This document shows positions 1 to 14,047 of a stretch of DNA of 64,000 nucleotides, piece by piece; positions within the stretch are counted from its first letter, which is position 1; every line of letters starts with the position of its first letter. The notes beneath the pieces are model-generated. The model searched no databases, was not told the origin of the DNA, and worked only from the letters and a program-made list of their open reading frames with translations. The translations under genes and the position numbers were made by a program. Source of the DNA: Octopus sinensis (lineage: Eukaryota); contig NC_043000.1 in assembly GCF_006345805.1 (NCBI RefSeq), positions 107,942,001 to 108,006,000 of the forward strand, given 5' to 3'.

Positions 1-291
1 TAGACGACGCACAAAGAATCATGTCGAAAGATAAGCCATTTAGTCTATTTCTTATTTTCGGTTTGGCAGGAGTATAATCGCTGTAGAGGAAGACGCCATA
101 GCGTTTTTCAACGCAATTGCTCTCTCTAATTCTGCTTTTCTAGTTCTTCCTTCGGCCTCTGTTTTCCGTTGATCTTTCATCTTCAAATCTCTTGGGAAGT
201 AAAGTATCCGAAACGTCATAATTATATATTATTTCCAATTCCTCAAACATCAAGTTAATAACATTCACACTCTTGAACACTCTATGCACAC

Positions 292-322
<31 letters not shown>

Positions 323-780
323 GGAGAGGAAAAAATAAGGCAGAATGTTAAATTGAAAGTAAATTTTAATAAAAATGGGTGTATGAAAAATTATAAAAGA
401 AGTCATACAGGCTTTTATTGCAAGGCAAATTTTCAAGATTTGGAATGGGAAAACATTTTTTTAAAATTGAGGAAGGGGAAAAAAAAAGATATCTACAATG
501 TGTTTCAAAAAAATAACAAATGTATACAAAAATTAATAAATAGTTATACCAATACATTGTAGTGTCTTTATGCTTTTAGAGTTCAATATTAGTCAATGTT
601 GGCTATACAACAGACGGAAAATAATTGTACATTTACGAATACAAATAAGAAATAATAGAAAGGATCGCTCGACTATTGGACGAACGTGACGTTATGAAAT
701 AACAATGCAAGTGCAACAGAAAAATAATTATACATATCCAATACATATACAATGCACAAACGTCTTTCGGCTATCATCTT

Positions 781-1330
781 TTTCTTTTTCTACTCTTTTA
801 CTCGTATCAGCCATGCGGCTGCTGTCATGCTGGGGCACTACCGTAGTCTTTCTGATTTCCTCAGTCTGAGGTGTTTCACATCACCACTCCTGTATGTGCT
901 TTGTCCCAGCTGTTTGGTGTATATGGGAGTTGGATTCCGCTGCCCCCGTCTGTACCTCATGTTGCGTAGTTGGTTCATTCGGTATTCCTTTTTGAAGACA
1001 TCTAATTCCACCTGATGCAGCTTTCTTAATTTTTGTTGCAGTCCATTGAAGAGCTGTGGGCATTTGAACCCTAGACAACTGCAGTACCTGGTCCTGAATT
1101 TCGATGGAGTAGATGGTACCTTTGATACAATACAATGACGGCAAGTTCTGGCATTTGTAAAACACTCAATGCCGAACTTAGGTACTTTTAGATTTTTCCA
1201 TATGCAGATTATTGTACAGCACTCGCGATTTCGCTCCAGGGAGTAAAGTTGCAGTTTTCTCAGCCTGTCCTTGTAGTTCGTCCGCAGCGCTGTTTCAATC
1301 TTTTTAGTGTACTGGCGTTGGACTGTGATA
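781..1330 (-). mobile_element. CR1/L2-group LINE, 3' fragment (RT C-terminus, 3'UTR, tail), frameshifted
   Basis: Minus-strand translation VQRQYTKKI...RLRKLQLYSLERNRE..IICIWK...GFKCPQLFN..L..L..V..DVFKK; second frame continues GIPNEPTT..AAESNSHIHQ (ORF 881..1165). Matches the post-RT C-terminus of CR1/L2-group ORF2 (QR..TK.I / L..L.LYSLERRR / GP.LFN.LP). Ends in GAGTAAAAGAGTAGAAA tail. Confidence 0.8.
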
Positions 1331-1592
1331 AGCCTAGTACTTATTCTAGCGGTTTCTTTTACCGAACTACAACAGTTGTCAAGTGATGGTGGGGGCACAA
1401 ACAGAGACTCACACACATACACACACATACATACACATACATATATACGACGGTCTTCTTTCAGTTTCCGTCTACCATATACACGCACAAGGCTATAGTA
1501 GAAGACACTCGCCTATAGTGCCACGCAGTAGGACTGAACCCGGAATCTGTGGTTGCGAACCAAACTTCTTACCACTCAGCCACGCCAGCGCC
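1331..1592 (-). mobile_element. tRNA-derived SINE family 1, 5' head and body, lacking its own tail (fused to LINE fragment)
   Basis: Reverse complement starts GGCGCTGGCGTGGCTGAGTGGTAAG (A box)...GGGTTCAGTCC (B box); body matches copies at 22747, 27361, 32109, 50205. Confidence 0.85.
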
Positions 1593-1661
1593 TAATACAT
1601 ATATATATTATATATATATATATATATATAATATAATATATATATATATATACATATATAT

Positions 1662-1724
<63 letters not shown>

Positions 1725-2168
1725 TATTATATATATATATGTCTTTATGTATATGGGGCAGGCTCCTTGCTTCAAGTTCTACTTAGAGTGTGTCAAGTTA
1801 CCGCTAGAAAAACCATGAACCGATTGTCTTACGCCTCCAACATGAAGACAAATGAAAGAGCATTAGGTAAAATGCGTGTATTTTCATATATAATGCGCAG
1901 AAGGGACGCATCGTCATCAATGATGTTAGAAGCTTTGTTGGGTGTTCTCTGACAAAGTATTACTTAGCTAAAAACTTATATTAAAAGTGCCAATAAAAAT
2001 GTAGGCAGATATAACCTCTGCATATGCTTGAATTCACATCATAATCTTTCTCTGCTAGTGTATTAAATACCACAATTTGAAATATACATTGTTTGCTGAT
2101 AATACACAAATACGCTCCTCACCTATATATATGTATATATATGTATATATATAATATATATATATATC

Positions 2169-2216
<48 letters not shown>

Positions 2217-2259
2217 CTGCATACATATAAATATATATATGCATACATATAAATATATT

Positions 2260-2292
<33 letters not shown>

Positions 2293-2471
2293 TTTCAGAT
2301 GAGCACTTCTTATTGCGTCCTGTATATATTTTTTGTTTCCATAAGAAACGAAAATTATCTATTGTCAGCCACACGCACACACACACACACACACACACAC
2401 CACACACACACACACTGTCACACACATATAATATACATATACATACATTCATACATACATACATACATACA

Positions 2472-2507
<36 letters not shown>

Positions 2508-2843
2508 TATATATACACACATATGTACGTAATCTCAAATGCCCATCAATATGATCTCATATACTTTGACAGAAAATGCAGAGAATAAATCGACGGAACA
2601 CATTTATTGATGTGCTACGTATATGTACAGCTTCAACAAATGCAATGCGAAATAACTCCTTATTTTATAATGCATTATTTTATGTAGAATAGCATAAGTG
2701 TCAGCAGCTAACGATAACATGCTGATCTCTGAATTGACGGAAAACTTATACCATAAAACTTTTTGTTTATATTCTTCTCTCTATGTGCATATGTTGCAGG
2801 TATGCATGTATCTACCTATATCTCTTTCTCTGTATATATATAT

Positions 2844-2965
<122 letters not shown>

Positions 2966-2966
2966 A

Positions 2967-2994
2967 CTAGCAATGTATTCCGGCGTTGCTCGGG
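2967..2994 (-). mobile_element. Helitron-type 3' terminus
   Basis: Reverse complement CCCGAGCAACGCCGGAATACATTGCTAG|T: short GC hairpin then CTAG-T; same motif as at 57936. Confidence 0.65.
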
Positions 2995-3989
2995 TGTTAT
3001 GACCTACAACTACATTGTATTATTTGTTTTGTGCTAGGCCTACAGTAGAAAACACTTACCCAATTACCATGCAGAGGGGCTCAAGGTGGAACCATATGGT
3101 TGAGAAGCAAACCTCTCAACTACATAGTTATTCTTGCACCTAATGTGTGTGTGAGTGTGTGTTTACATTTGTTGTTAAATCGAGAATTGTGTCCCACTAT
3201 GTCTCAAAGTAGCAGTGCATCAAACAGAGATCCATGAAATAACTGCCAGGGTGAAATACGTACTTAGATCAGTATGATCAATTAATTTTTTTAAGGTGAT
3301 ATCCCATCATGGTGACAGTTGAAAGACTAAACCCAGTAAAATAATGTTTAAAGACTTAATGGCTCCAAATTTAAGGTAATGGATTACTAACCACAAGACC
3401 ATGTGTTGAAAACTTCGTTTTGAAATTTCCACTATTTACGATAACACTATATGTACATCTCAGACTGCTTGACTTCCAACAATTAACAATTGTAAGGGAT
3501 TTGGATTCTGCTGCCCTCGTCTGAATGGTTAGCAGGTAAGGGGTCCAGATTTCTTTAAAAATTATTGTTCAGGCAGAATTATGCGACCCGAATTCGTTTT
3601 TGAAACAAAAATGAATAAATGTGAAAAAACATATTTTGTTTGGTAGCTGAAAGATTACTCAATCTTTCGACACCTCATACGTTAATATGGCAACTCACTA
3701 TTCGAATCCATGAGGAACATACGCGCGCGTACACACACACACACATACACACAAAATTATATATATATATGTGAGTGGGTGTTTATATATATGTGCGTAT
3801 ATATTGATATCATAAAAATTTATAAATTTTCGAGAGAACGTAAAATAATCATTTTTCTGGAGTCATAACTCCCGAAGCACAAAACATACCAGGTGGATTT
3901 CGATTTTTTTCTCCATATTTTTCTAACATTCTTTTCTTTGGATCTATATGTAACATGCATCGGAAATCATTATTATCTGTATGTATATA

Positions 3990-4226
3990 TACATATATAT
4001 GTAATGCGAAACAAGTTGGAAAAAATAGTATTCCAATACCAGAGGTAGAGTCATATCCTTTATGAAAAAGTAGCAAAAGTATCACAAAAAGTGTTACTCG
4101 GACAGTTTTGTTTAGAATGGAACAAGATAAACTACCTTTTTCCATTCTAAGCAAAACTATTCGACGAATGGGAACGTGAAACTCTGAGTAACAGTTTTGT
4201 CATATTTTTGCTGCTTTTTAATAAAG
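3990..4226 (+). mobile_element. PLE/retrozyme-like non-coding element, family A (imperfect inverted arms 4058-4122 / 4140-4226)
   Basis: Arms are diverged reverse complements; homologous to 19846-20002; followed by (TA)n; contains hammerhead-like motif. Confidence 0.6.
4153..4198 (+). ncRNA. Degenerate type I hammerhead ribozyme motif
   Basis: AAAACTAT-TCGACGA-ATG ggaa CGT-GAAA-CTC t GAG-TA-ACAGTTTT: stems I/II/III and GUA site present, core has C3U/U4C, one stem I mismatch. Confidence 0.55.
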
Positions 4227-4235
4227 TATACATAA

Positions 4236-4286
<51 letters not shown>

Positions 4287-4348
4287 TGTGTGTGTATATA
4301 GATTTTATTACGCTTATATATGTAATATACATACATGATACATATGAA

Positions 4349-4405
<57 letters not shown>

Positions 4406-5053
4406 TGTTTTTGTTCGTATTACATATATAAGCGTAAACATATATCCATACATAACAAACGTACATAGATGCATATAATACATATATACATAAATATACA
4501 TATACACAAAAAACCCGAATACATGAATATTTACAAGCGTCACGCACACAGTCACACATACCTAGATACAATCACAAACACACATACACACACGCATACA
4601 CCCCCACACATGCATTAAATATATGCCATAATGCAGTATAATATATAATCTATGTACATTAATCTGTCATATTTTTTTATATGTTACAAAAATATAATTT
4701 TAAAAAATTGTTATCTCTGAATGTCAGGGAAGGCATTTTTAGAAGCATATTTCTGTAACTTATGAATATTTACTGATGTCAGAGAAATTTGTGACGTTAT
4801 ATTTACATATCGACCTCTCAATTACCATCAAGTCAACCATTTCTATATTATAATAGTGATATATTTAATAAAAAATGCTAATTGATTTCCTACATGCATG
4901 TGAAACCTCATGTTAGAGAGTGAGAAGTAAATTATAGATACTCTATAATGCAGGCTGTATTACAGAAAGCTATAAGCTGGAGAATGAATAAAGATAAGAA
5001 CCGTATTCAGGATTGATGTTAAAATGATACCCCAAAATATTCTCGGGGTATAG

Positions 5054-5127
<74 letters not shown>

Positions 5128-5199
5128 TAGATATAAAGATAGACAGACAGATTTAGGTAATGTGTTTTCTATTATAGGAACACGGCCTGAAAATTTATG

Positions 5200-5330
5200 G
5201 GAGGGCAAGTCGATAACGCCTACCCAATGGCTCAAATATAAGAAGAAGTCCTGGGGTCGATTTGCTCGGCTAAAAGCGGTGCTCCTGCATGGCCACAGTC
5301 AAATGACTGAACAAGGAAAAGAGAAAAAGA
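5200..5330 (+). mobile_element. SINE family 1, 3' fragment
   Basis: AAGTCCTGGGGTCGATTTGCTCGGCTAAAAGCGGTGCTCCTGCATGGCCACAGTCAAATGACTGAA matches family tail. Confidence 0.75.
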
Positions 5331-5754
5331 GTAACTTCATAAGTATGAAGAGCAAATGGACCACGGTAGAACTTCATCTCACTTCGTAAAACGGACAAAA
5401 AGCCCCTATTTTACCCGTCCTGCTAACGATTATGCCAGTTGACCGACCTTAAATTTCAGGTAATATCGGTTTCAAATTTTGATACACGGTCAGAAATTTC
5501 AGGGTACGAGTAAGGCGATTGTATCCATGCAGGTTCTCGTCCCCGAAAGGATAAAAGGCAATGTCAATGCAGGCGGCATTTGCACTCAGAACGTAATGTC
5601 TGAAGAAATATGATAAATATTATTTCCGGCGTTGTAATGATTCTTCCAAATGTATGTATATCGCGTGAGTCGTTCTCTGTGACAACACATTTTATGCAAT
5701 TTGCGTTCGCGATACACCTAAGCTTCCCTTTGAATATATATATAGATATATATA

Positions 5755-5774
<20 letters not shown>

Positions 5775-5785
<11 letters not shown>

Positions 5786-6082
5786 ATATTAGGGAATAAA
5801 TCTAAATTTACAGGGAAAAAATCAGATTTAGGATTAAATCCAATTTTATAGTAAAATATTATATAATATTAATTCGAGACAAAACCACTATTTCGCAAAT
5901 CAAACTTCATAAATTAAAACTGATTAGAAGATCGGAAATCCACCTGACGAATGTCATTTGAAGACATGAAACAATTGTAGTGGCGGTTTATTTACTTTAT
6001 ATTAAAATTTTTTATGTATTGATTAAGTCTTTCCTTGTTTGATTTGCAAAATAGTGGTTTTGTCTCGAATTAATATTATATA
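5775..6082 (+). mobile_element. PLE/retrozyme-like element, family B, with ~44-bp inverted repeats (5862-5905 / 6037-6080)
   Basis: TATAATATTAATTCGAGACAAAACCACTATTTCGCAAATCAAAC recurs as its reverse complement (1 mismatch); hammerhead between the arms; (TA)n on both sides. Confidence 0.7.
5940..5983 (+). ncRNA. Minimal type I hammerhead ribozyme (canonical core)
   Basis: CCAC-CTGACGA-ATGTC atttgaa GACAT-GAAA-C aatt G-TA-GTGG: 4-bp stem I, 5-bp stem II, palindromic stem III (ACAATTGT), GUA cleavage triplet at 5977-5979. Confidence 0.85.
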
Positions 6083-6100
6083 TATATATATATATATACT

Positions 6101-6310
6101 GAGACCCTCTTCGGTCATGACTGACCATGCGATTGCGGCGGTAGAGGCACAAATCTGGGCAAGGTCGTTTATGGAAGACCACCAGTCGCCCATGCATACC
6201 AACCTCCCCTCTCCACGCCACCAGTATTATCCAAGGGAAAGGCAAAGACCGATACAGCTTGGCACCTCTGACGTCGCAACTCATTTCTACAGCTGAGTGA
6301 ACTGGAGCAA
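6101..6310 (-). mobile_element. CORE-type SINE fragment with RTE-like tail
   Basis: Reverse complement TTATTTCACATTGCTCCAGTTCACTCAGCTGTAGAAATGAGT (CORE-like) followed by ...GGTCAGTCATGACCGAAGAGGGTCTC. Confidence 0.55.
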
Positions 6311-6691
6311 TGTGAAATAATATATATACGTATATTTATATTTATGTCTAAAATACATATGTATGCATGCAGACACCTATGCGTATATGAGGATGAATTT
6401 GCGTGCACACACACACACACACACACAAACACGTTTACATGCACATACATTTGCGTGTGTATGTGTGTTTGCATTTGCAGAAATCCGTGCACTCATTGTG
6501 TATGCTACAGAACTTGTATTTAAAAGATGACTACTGGTGGGTCTCTATCGTGAAATTCAGACACATTAGTTCCAAGAAGATCTACTTATTGCAATTAACT
6601 ACTGATTTGATCGGAACGCAGTGCTGTAGCTGGGCTCTAGTACAGTAACCAGGGAATGTGATCATGTATATAAATATATATCAATAAATAG

Positions 6692-6734
<43 letters not shown>

Positions 6735-7284
6735 ACATACACATATATATGTATACACATACATAAATACATACATACACACATATAAATAAAATGTTTC
6801 TTTATGCATCTACATCCATATATAACCATATGCTCATATGTAAACACTCATATACAAATTTTGTTTACGCATGCGTGTGCCTAAGTATGCGTGTAAAATT
6901 TAAAAGATGAAGGAAGTGGATACTATTTGTCTAGAGTGATGAATGTAAAATAAAAATAAATTTGTTTTTAAAAATAAAAATCAATTTGTCATTTTTTCAG
7001 AACCACCAACTAGTTGTGCTAAATGTATTTAAATATTTAAAACGCATAAATCTTTCTTTGAAAATGTACAATAATCAAACAATAACAAAATATTCCTATT
7101 TTTTCATAATATTTCTGATTGTATAGCTGTGGGAATCCGTCAGCATTCTTAGCAAAATAAGCCACCATATTTACATACATACATGGACACATATACATGC
7201 ACACACACACACCACACACACACCACACACACACACACACACACACCACACACATACATATATATATTATATATATATATATAT

Positions 7285-7342
<58 letters not shown>

Positions 7343-7417
7343 TATAGAGAGAGAGAGAGAGAGTAAAACATCTTGTTTTATATCTCTTAGCGAGATACAC
7401 ACAGATACACACACACA

Positions 7418-7461
<44 letters not shown>

Positions 7462-8635
7462 ATATACAATATGATACTATTATATATACACACTCCCATA
7501 TATTTGTTATATATATAGGGAGACACACACGCAAGCACACAGAGACACAGGCACACAGACAGACACACACATACACACACACACACAGACACACACACAC
7601 ACACGCACACACACACACAAACCATAAATCCTATGTGTTAATTTGTCGTCCACTTTGCCACTTGTCGAATGCAAAATAAAAATTAGAATTATACTTCTCT
7701 AGCTTTCCTTGAGCTGAAAAATATTGCTATGGGACAGAAATGATATAAAATTTAAGTCGTATTTGTTTAGTAGCGCTAATCATTAACATGAAAGAACACA
7801 ATAGCACATTATGCAGAATGATTTTGCAATATGCTTTCCAGAGTGTTATTAAAATAGTATGCATTTGGGTAAAATGATTTTTTTTCTGAAAATAGAAATA
7901 AAATATACAAACAAAAGGCATCCCAAACATATGACGACGAAAATTTTAAAAAATGACATTAAAATGTTGGAAAGAAAGAATATAGAAAGGAAAAACGAAA
8001 AATAAATAAAATAATGAATTATTTTTAAAAGCGAATATTCATCGCTTCGAAAATAATAAAACGATTGATATATTGTAACAGATTTTAGAAACACATAATT
8101 TACAGTATGATATTAATAAACGAACTAGTTTCCTGTCAAACCGTTTTCAATGCATGACACAATCAACCGATTGGCATGTTGTTAATGAATGCACTGTGTT
8201 TAGTCTATTTATTAGTGTTTATTTTTGAAAAGTGAAGATTTAGAGTTTCAATGAATGAAAAACAAATAACACCAAATCCTTCATAAAATATTCTAAAACG
8301 GGAGCATTTTCCACTCATGTGAATAAGTGAACTTTTATAACACTTCCCTCTCTGCCATCTACATAGTAATATTTGCATATATTTCTATACAGGTTCGTAT
8401 ATATTATGTATGCATATTTGTCTGCAGATGTGTATATGTGCAAGGCTTAAGAAGAGTGCCAAAAATGGATCAGAATAGAATAATACAGAGAAAGACAGAG
8501 AGAGGGCAGTGAGAGATTGATAGTGAGAGAGAGGAAGAAAGAGAGAGAGGGGGAGAGAGAGAGGGCGGTGAGGGATTGATAGTGAGAGAGAAAGGAGAGC
8601 GGGGAAAGAGATAGATAGATAGATAGAGAGTGAGA

Positions 8636-8670
<35 letters not shown>

Positions 8671-11623
8671 TGTTGAAGACCACGGAAATAATGGATATTT
8701 CATATCTCTATGAATGTTTAATATTTTTGTACAAATATTACCCATGTTATAGCTACCTCAAAATTATGGGATATCTCGCTTACGGAAATTGTAAAATATA
8801 ATTTTAATTTCGGGAAGCAGTCTGTAAATTCACTCTTCCAGTAACTCACATGGTTTCAAATCTCAAAGTACCCTTTCTTCTTAGCCCAATAGTCACATGT
8901 ATTTTAGATAAGATCAAAGTATATAATTAACGATTAGGAAAACGATCATCAAATTACACATATACATGCACACACATACATACTCGCATATGTGTAAATA
9001 ATGTCCATTATGTGAATATATATGCATATGTGTATATATCTATATGAATGTGTATGTATGTATGTATGTATGTATGTATGTATGTATGTATGTATGTATG
9101 TATGTATGTATGCATGCATGCATGCATGTATGTATTATGTATGTATGTATGTATGTATGTATGTATGCATATATGTATGTATGTATGCATGTATGAATGT
9201 ATGTCGTTCAGTTTTTTTTTCAAAACTTTTTGCCAATAGCGAAAGAGTCGGTTTCTAACCTAGATCCAAGGCTCCTTCATTCGAATTTCAACTATACCAA
9301 TATTCACATATACATATATATATATATATATATGTATGTGAAGATTTGTATGTTTTGTTTTATGTATGTATTCTCAGGAATACAGTTTACATGTCTAGAC
9401 ATGCTCATGCATATTTAATTGATAAACATCTGGAAAGTTTGTATGTATGTATGTATGTATGTATGTATGTATGTATGTATGTATGCGTGCATGCGTATTT
9501 CTATCATTAATACGAACGCAACCATTAACAAGAATAATGATATATTGCGTGAAGTAGATATGCGTATCTATTTCATATAAAACCATATAATGTGGTATCG
9601 TAATGTATTCTAAAAGTTTGATCTAACGTCTATGAGGATTGACTTGATTGTTAAACAACCACAAAAATACAATTAGGAAGAACTGCATGGCCACTACAAC
9701 ACCGACAATACACACCAACCATCGCTATCAAGTCACCAACTTTTGAATCCTACTGGTTACAACAGATACCAGCAGTTTCGACCACTGTGAATAATCTACC
9801 GTTGTTCTAATTACTCCTCTCCAAAAGACCCAGTGCATTTAAAACTTTCCTTGAACGTGCAAGTTTACGTTTCCTTGGTCCAGCCCTTCTCTTTATTTAT
9901 TTATTTATTTATTTGATAGCCATGCGACTCCTGTTTTTGAATGCCGAGTAACTGGTAGGCACAAAAATGCGACCCCAGAAGGGAAATCTAAGCTGTGTCA
10001 AGTTGTTTGTCAGTATTTGAGAGTTTACCTCGTAAAGGACTTCCTTATTTGTTAATCTACCTCGCCAGCTAAACCTGAAGGCCTGTTATATATACATTCC
10101 TCAGTGAATGTATCTATTTGGCCAAATAGCTTGTCATATTTTCAATACTTGTTACTTAAAATTACTAATGTACATATGAAAAACTTTGGACATCCGATAT
10201 AACTTGAATTTACTCCTTTTTTAAAATTTTATTTCCGTGTTTGAGTTACTTTCCTTAAGCATGGTGTCTACTATATTTTACTGTAGGGGAAATGGAAAAT
10301 TTGACGTTTAGATTTTACCCATGGGCACATACGTCATTTAAAACCTTCCCCATAGCATTTATGACGTATGTGGCTGAAACAATATCATAGTTTGGAATAC
10401 TTATTTATTTATTCTTTCTTTTATTTAAGTATTTATCTTATATCGCAGTTATGAGCAATAGCATCGTTTATTAACATATTTTCAAACATCTCGAGGGTCT
10501 TCGGCCATTAATACCTACTATTCAATTTTGTCGCTCGAAAGGAAGTGCTCAGTATTTCACTCCATTATCTCTCTCTTTCACACATGCGCATACACATACG
10601 CACACACACAAACGCACTTATACACATGCATATACAAATACGCGAACGGACGCACTGCGTAGTGTTTAGATGCTGATACTACGAAGAAATACACCTACAT
10701 TGCAAAGTGGCAAAGGATATTCAATTTCGAAGACACACGCGCAGGCGCACACATACACACCTGTCAGTATGTGTGTCTAGGTGAATATTCATAAGTATGT
10801 ACATGTACATACATATGCATATATATTTGTGTGTGTGTGTGTATTTTGTGTGTATGTGGGTGTGCATGTGTGCGTGTGTGTGTATTCATGAGAAGTTAAT
10901 GGTTTCATTGAGAGACAATGCGTTTAACAGAAAGAAGTGCTGGCGTATACGGCTGAGTAAGTGTAGATGAGCGCACATCCCTATATGGCGCAAGTGTGTA
11001 TGCGATGAATAGAGAGACGTGTACAGAAGGAAGGTTATAATAAATCAGATGTCTGTATAAGTACTTATATTAGTTATGTTTTCGAATGATAAATAGAAGC
11101 CAACTTACGAATAACTATGTCATAAAAATATTTCCTATATGGTCTTCTAAAATCAAATAATAGGCTCGTTCAAGTTGAAGAAAATAATTAGGAATGATGC
11201 TTCTTTATGAACGACAGAATTTTCTCTAGAGATACATAGTCTATTGCTGAATACTTAACATGCATATATTTCCCCCGCAAAATTCATAACCTACATTTTA
11301 TTAACGGCTCTAATCCTTTCTTTCCCACTTATAACAAAATAGAGCTCTCTATATAATCTTTGCCTTTCCAATTGCCATCGCCGTATTATTTTCGCTATAG
11401 ACTCTCTCTTCTTTCAGAAATTTGTTACATGACCAGGGTTTTCGAGAAATTCCAAGTAGTAATAGAGATTAATCACAGCAGTGTAACAAATATTCAGACA
11501 CTCACTAATATGGACGTATATTGTGTGATGTTGGATTAACAGACTTAAAAAAACATTATTGAGAGATTCTCAGAATTATTACACATACAGCAATCATGTG
11601 GTTTTATTAGTAATCTAACAGAA

Positions 11624-11746
<123 letters not shown>

Positions 11747-11928
11747 TTTACCCCCCCCCCTTTTTGTCCTCTTTCTTTCCATTTACGATCCCTTTTGATC
11801 GAAAACCAAACCCCCTTCTTTTACCCCCAAAAGAAAAGCTCTACCTTGTAATTTGTTCTGTCTGTGTGCAGCCCTGTGTGGCTAATAAAGAAACATATCT
11901 ATCAATCTATCTGTATGTCTGTCTATCA

Positions 11929-11984
<56 letters not shown>

Positions 11985-12060
11985 GTGTGTATGTGTGTGT
12001 GTGTGTATGTGTGTGTGTGTGTGTGTGAGTGTATGTGTGTGTGTGTGTGAGTGTGTGCGT

Positions 12061-12118
<58 letters not shown>

Positions 12119-12444
12119 AACTGAAGGCAAGAATTATGGCAGTATTCATACCTAAAACAACGATACTGTCCAGAAGAGTTACAGGAGATTATGAAATCGT
12201 CTGGATGGCGATTTTATTGAATATATGTTTTTCTTTAGTATTTCAAGATGTTTTTATGCAATTTTCGTAAATATATGCGTTAAATTTAGATGTTAGTGTA
12301 AATACCACTTTTTTTTGTAATTTAGACGACAATATGTTCACCGCACCCTGTACACACACAGACAGACAGACAGACAGACAGACAGGACAGACAGACAGAC
12401 AGACAGACAGACACACACACACACACACACATGTATGTATGTAT

Positions 12445-12603
12445 CTTCTTTTTCTTGGTAGTCCATAGATCTCTGATGATGAAGGCTTAGTCTGTGGTCT
12501 CAGCAGTCACCAGTGGGAACGCATGTGCCTCCGAAGCTCAAAGCGGGAAGCACACAGCCGCCGGCAGGTTGGACACTGATAGTCTGGGATCAAGACTGAG
12601 GAT
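12445..12603 (-). mobile_element. RTE-clade LINE 3' end (C-terminal C2H2-like motif, 3'UTR, AAG tail)
   Basis: Minus strand [24 protein letters not shown] resembles the RTE terminal CxxCxRxCxSRxGLxSHxRxH motif; followed by CATCATCAGAGATCTATGGACTACC-AAGAAAAAGAAG. Confidence 0.7.
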
Positions 12604-12695
12604 GTATATATATATATATATACATCACATGTATTCATATGCATATATATGTGTGTGTGTTGTGTTGTGTTATGTACGTGTGTGTATGTATATAC

Positions 12696-12748
<53 letters not shown>

Positions 12749-12751
12749 TAT

Positions 12752-12807
<56 letters not shown>

Positions 12808-13479
12808 CAAGTGAGTGTGTAAGTGAGTGAGACAGAGTCTATAATCCACGCCTACTCAGGACATCATGTAGAATATAAGCTGGAATATCACGGAAAATAT
12901 TAATTAGCGCAGAAGAATAATTCCGTTATCCACCACAGGTTATATGTATTAATTAACTCTATACGTATGGAACGAATTATTTCTAGTCTTCCTCTAAGAT
13001 AATTCGTGTCTCGGATTTGTAATCACAGAATTATTTTAGTATGAGTCTAGAAATAGATATCGTCTAGACTGTATGTGTAGGGGCTTAGATGAATACTAAA
13101 TCGCTTAGGGTTTGACATTGACGGCTACGTAATACACGTCTAGCAGCAGTTAATTACGTCGAAACTCGTTTGTAAATTGTAAAAGAGAAAATCGTTGACT
13201 TTCCTGGAAGATATTATCGGGTCATACATGAGATGTGGGGAAGTTAAGAGGTTAATTAAAATTACAAATTAAACTGTGTAAACCAGAAATGTTTTTATTT
13301 ATTTTTTTAATGGAAATAAGTTACAGGATACGCTAAAATAGAAAATAATCAAATTGTATGCTTTATGGTCATTTGATTATCAGTTTTGTTTTTCCTTTAT
13401 ATGTTAATTTCATTAATTTCATTTTTGAAAAATTAACTAAATCTTATAATTAAATGGCAATTTCTGTCTCTTTTTAACG

Positions 13480-14047
13480 ATCATAGTGCTTAAACCAGCG
13501 AACCGATATTCATGAAACTTTGCATACATGTTGCACTAATATCCAATTCAATAACAAGCTAATTGGGTTTCAATAAAAACGTATAATGTGCACCCAGGGG
13601 ATTGGGAGAATTATACGATAAAATCAGAAGGGTGAAAAAACTATAAGTCTGAAGGAAACGCATAAGCAGATTGAGGGTGACTTATGTCACGGAAGAGGAG
13701 GACAAAGTTATAGCTGGCATTTTCTGCATGATAGCTGTCTTTCACAAAATGAAAGCAAAATCATTAGGAGGAAGAATTTTTATCAAACAAACGAAAGCAA
13801 AGCATTACTACGACCAAAGTTATAAGAACCTCTATTTTAATGAATAAAGTCATATGAAACGGTCGAACAGACTTGTAAATAATTTAAAAACGAAAGCAAA
13901 TGCTCAACGAACATTTTCTGCGAAAAATTGCACAAATCTGTCCTGATCAAGTGGCCTATCGATCATGGTCTAACACGGAATAAACAAAATTTTATATAAC
14001 ACATTTTATTGTAACTATTGCCTGGTAACGACGAGCTACTCAGCTAG
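13480..14047 (+). mobile_element. Decayed non-autonomous Helitron-like element (5' limit uncertain)
   Basis: Ends TTGCCTGGTAACGACGAGCTACTCAGCTAG|T (degenerate hairpin + CTAG-T); internal AACCGATATTCATGAAACTTTGCATAC motif typical of such elements. Confidence 0.5.

Noticed and set aside
1-190. Minus-strand acceptor followed by frame DLKMKDQRKTEAEGRTRKAELERAIALK…
   Set aside because: No donor or homology recognised; at window edge, cannot be supported.
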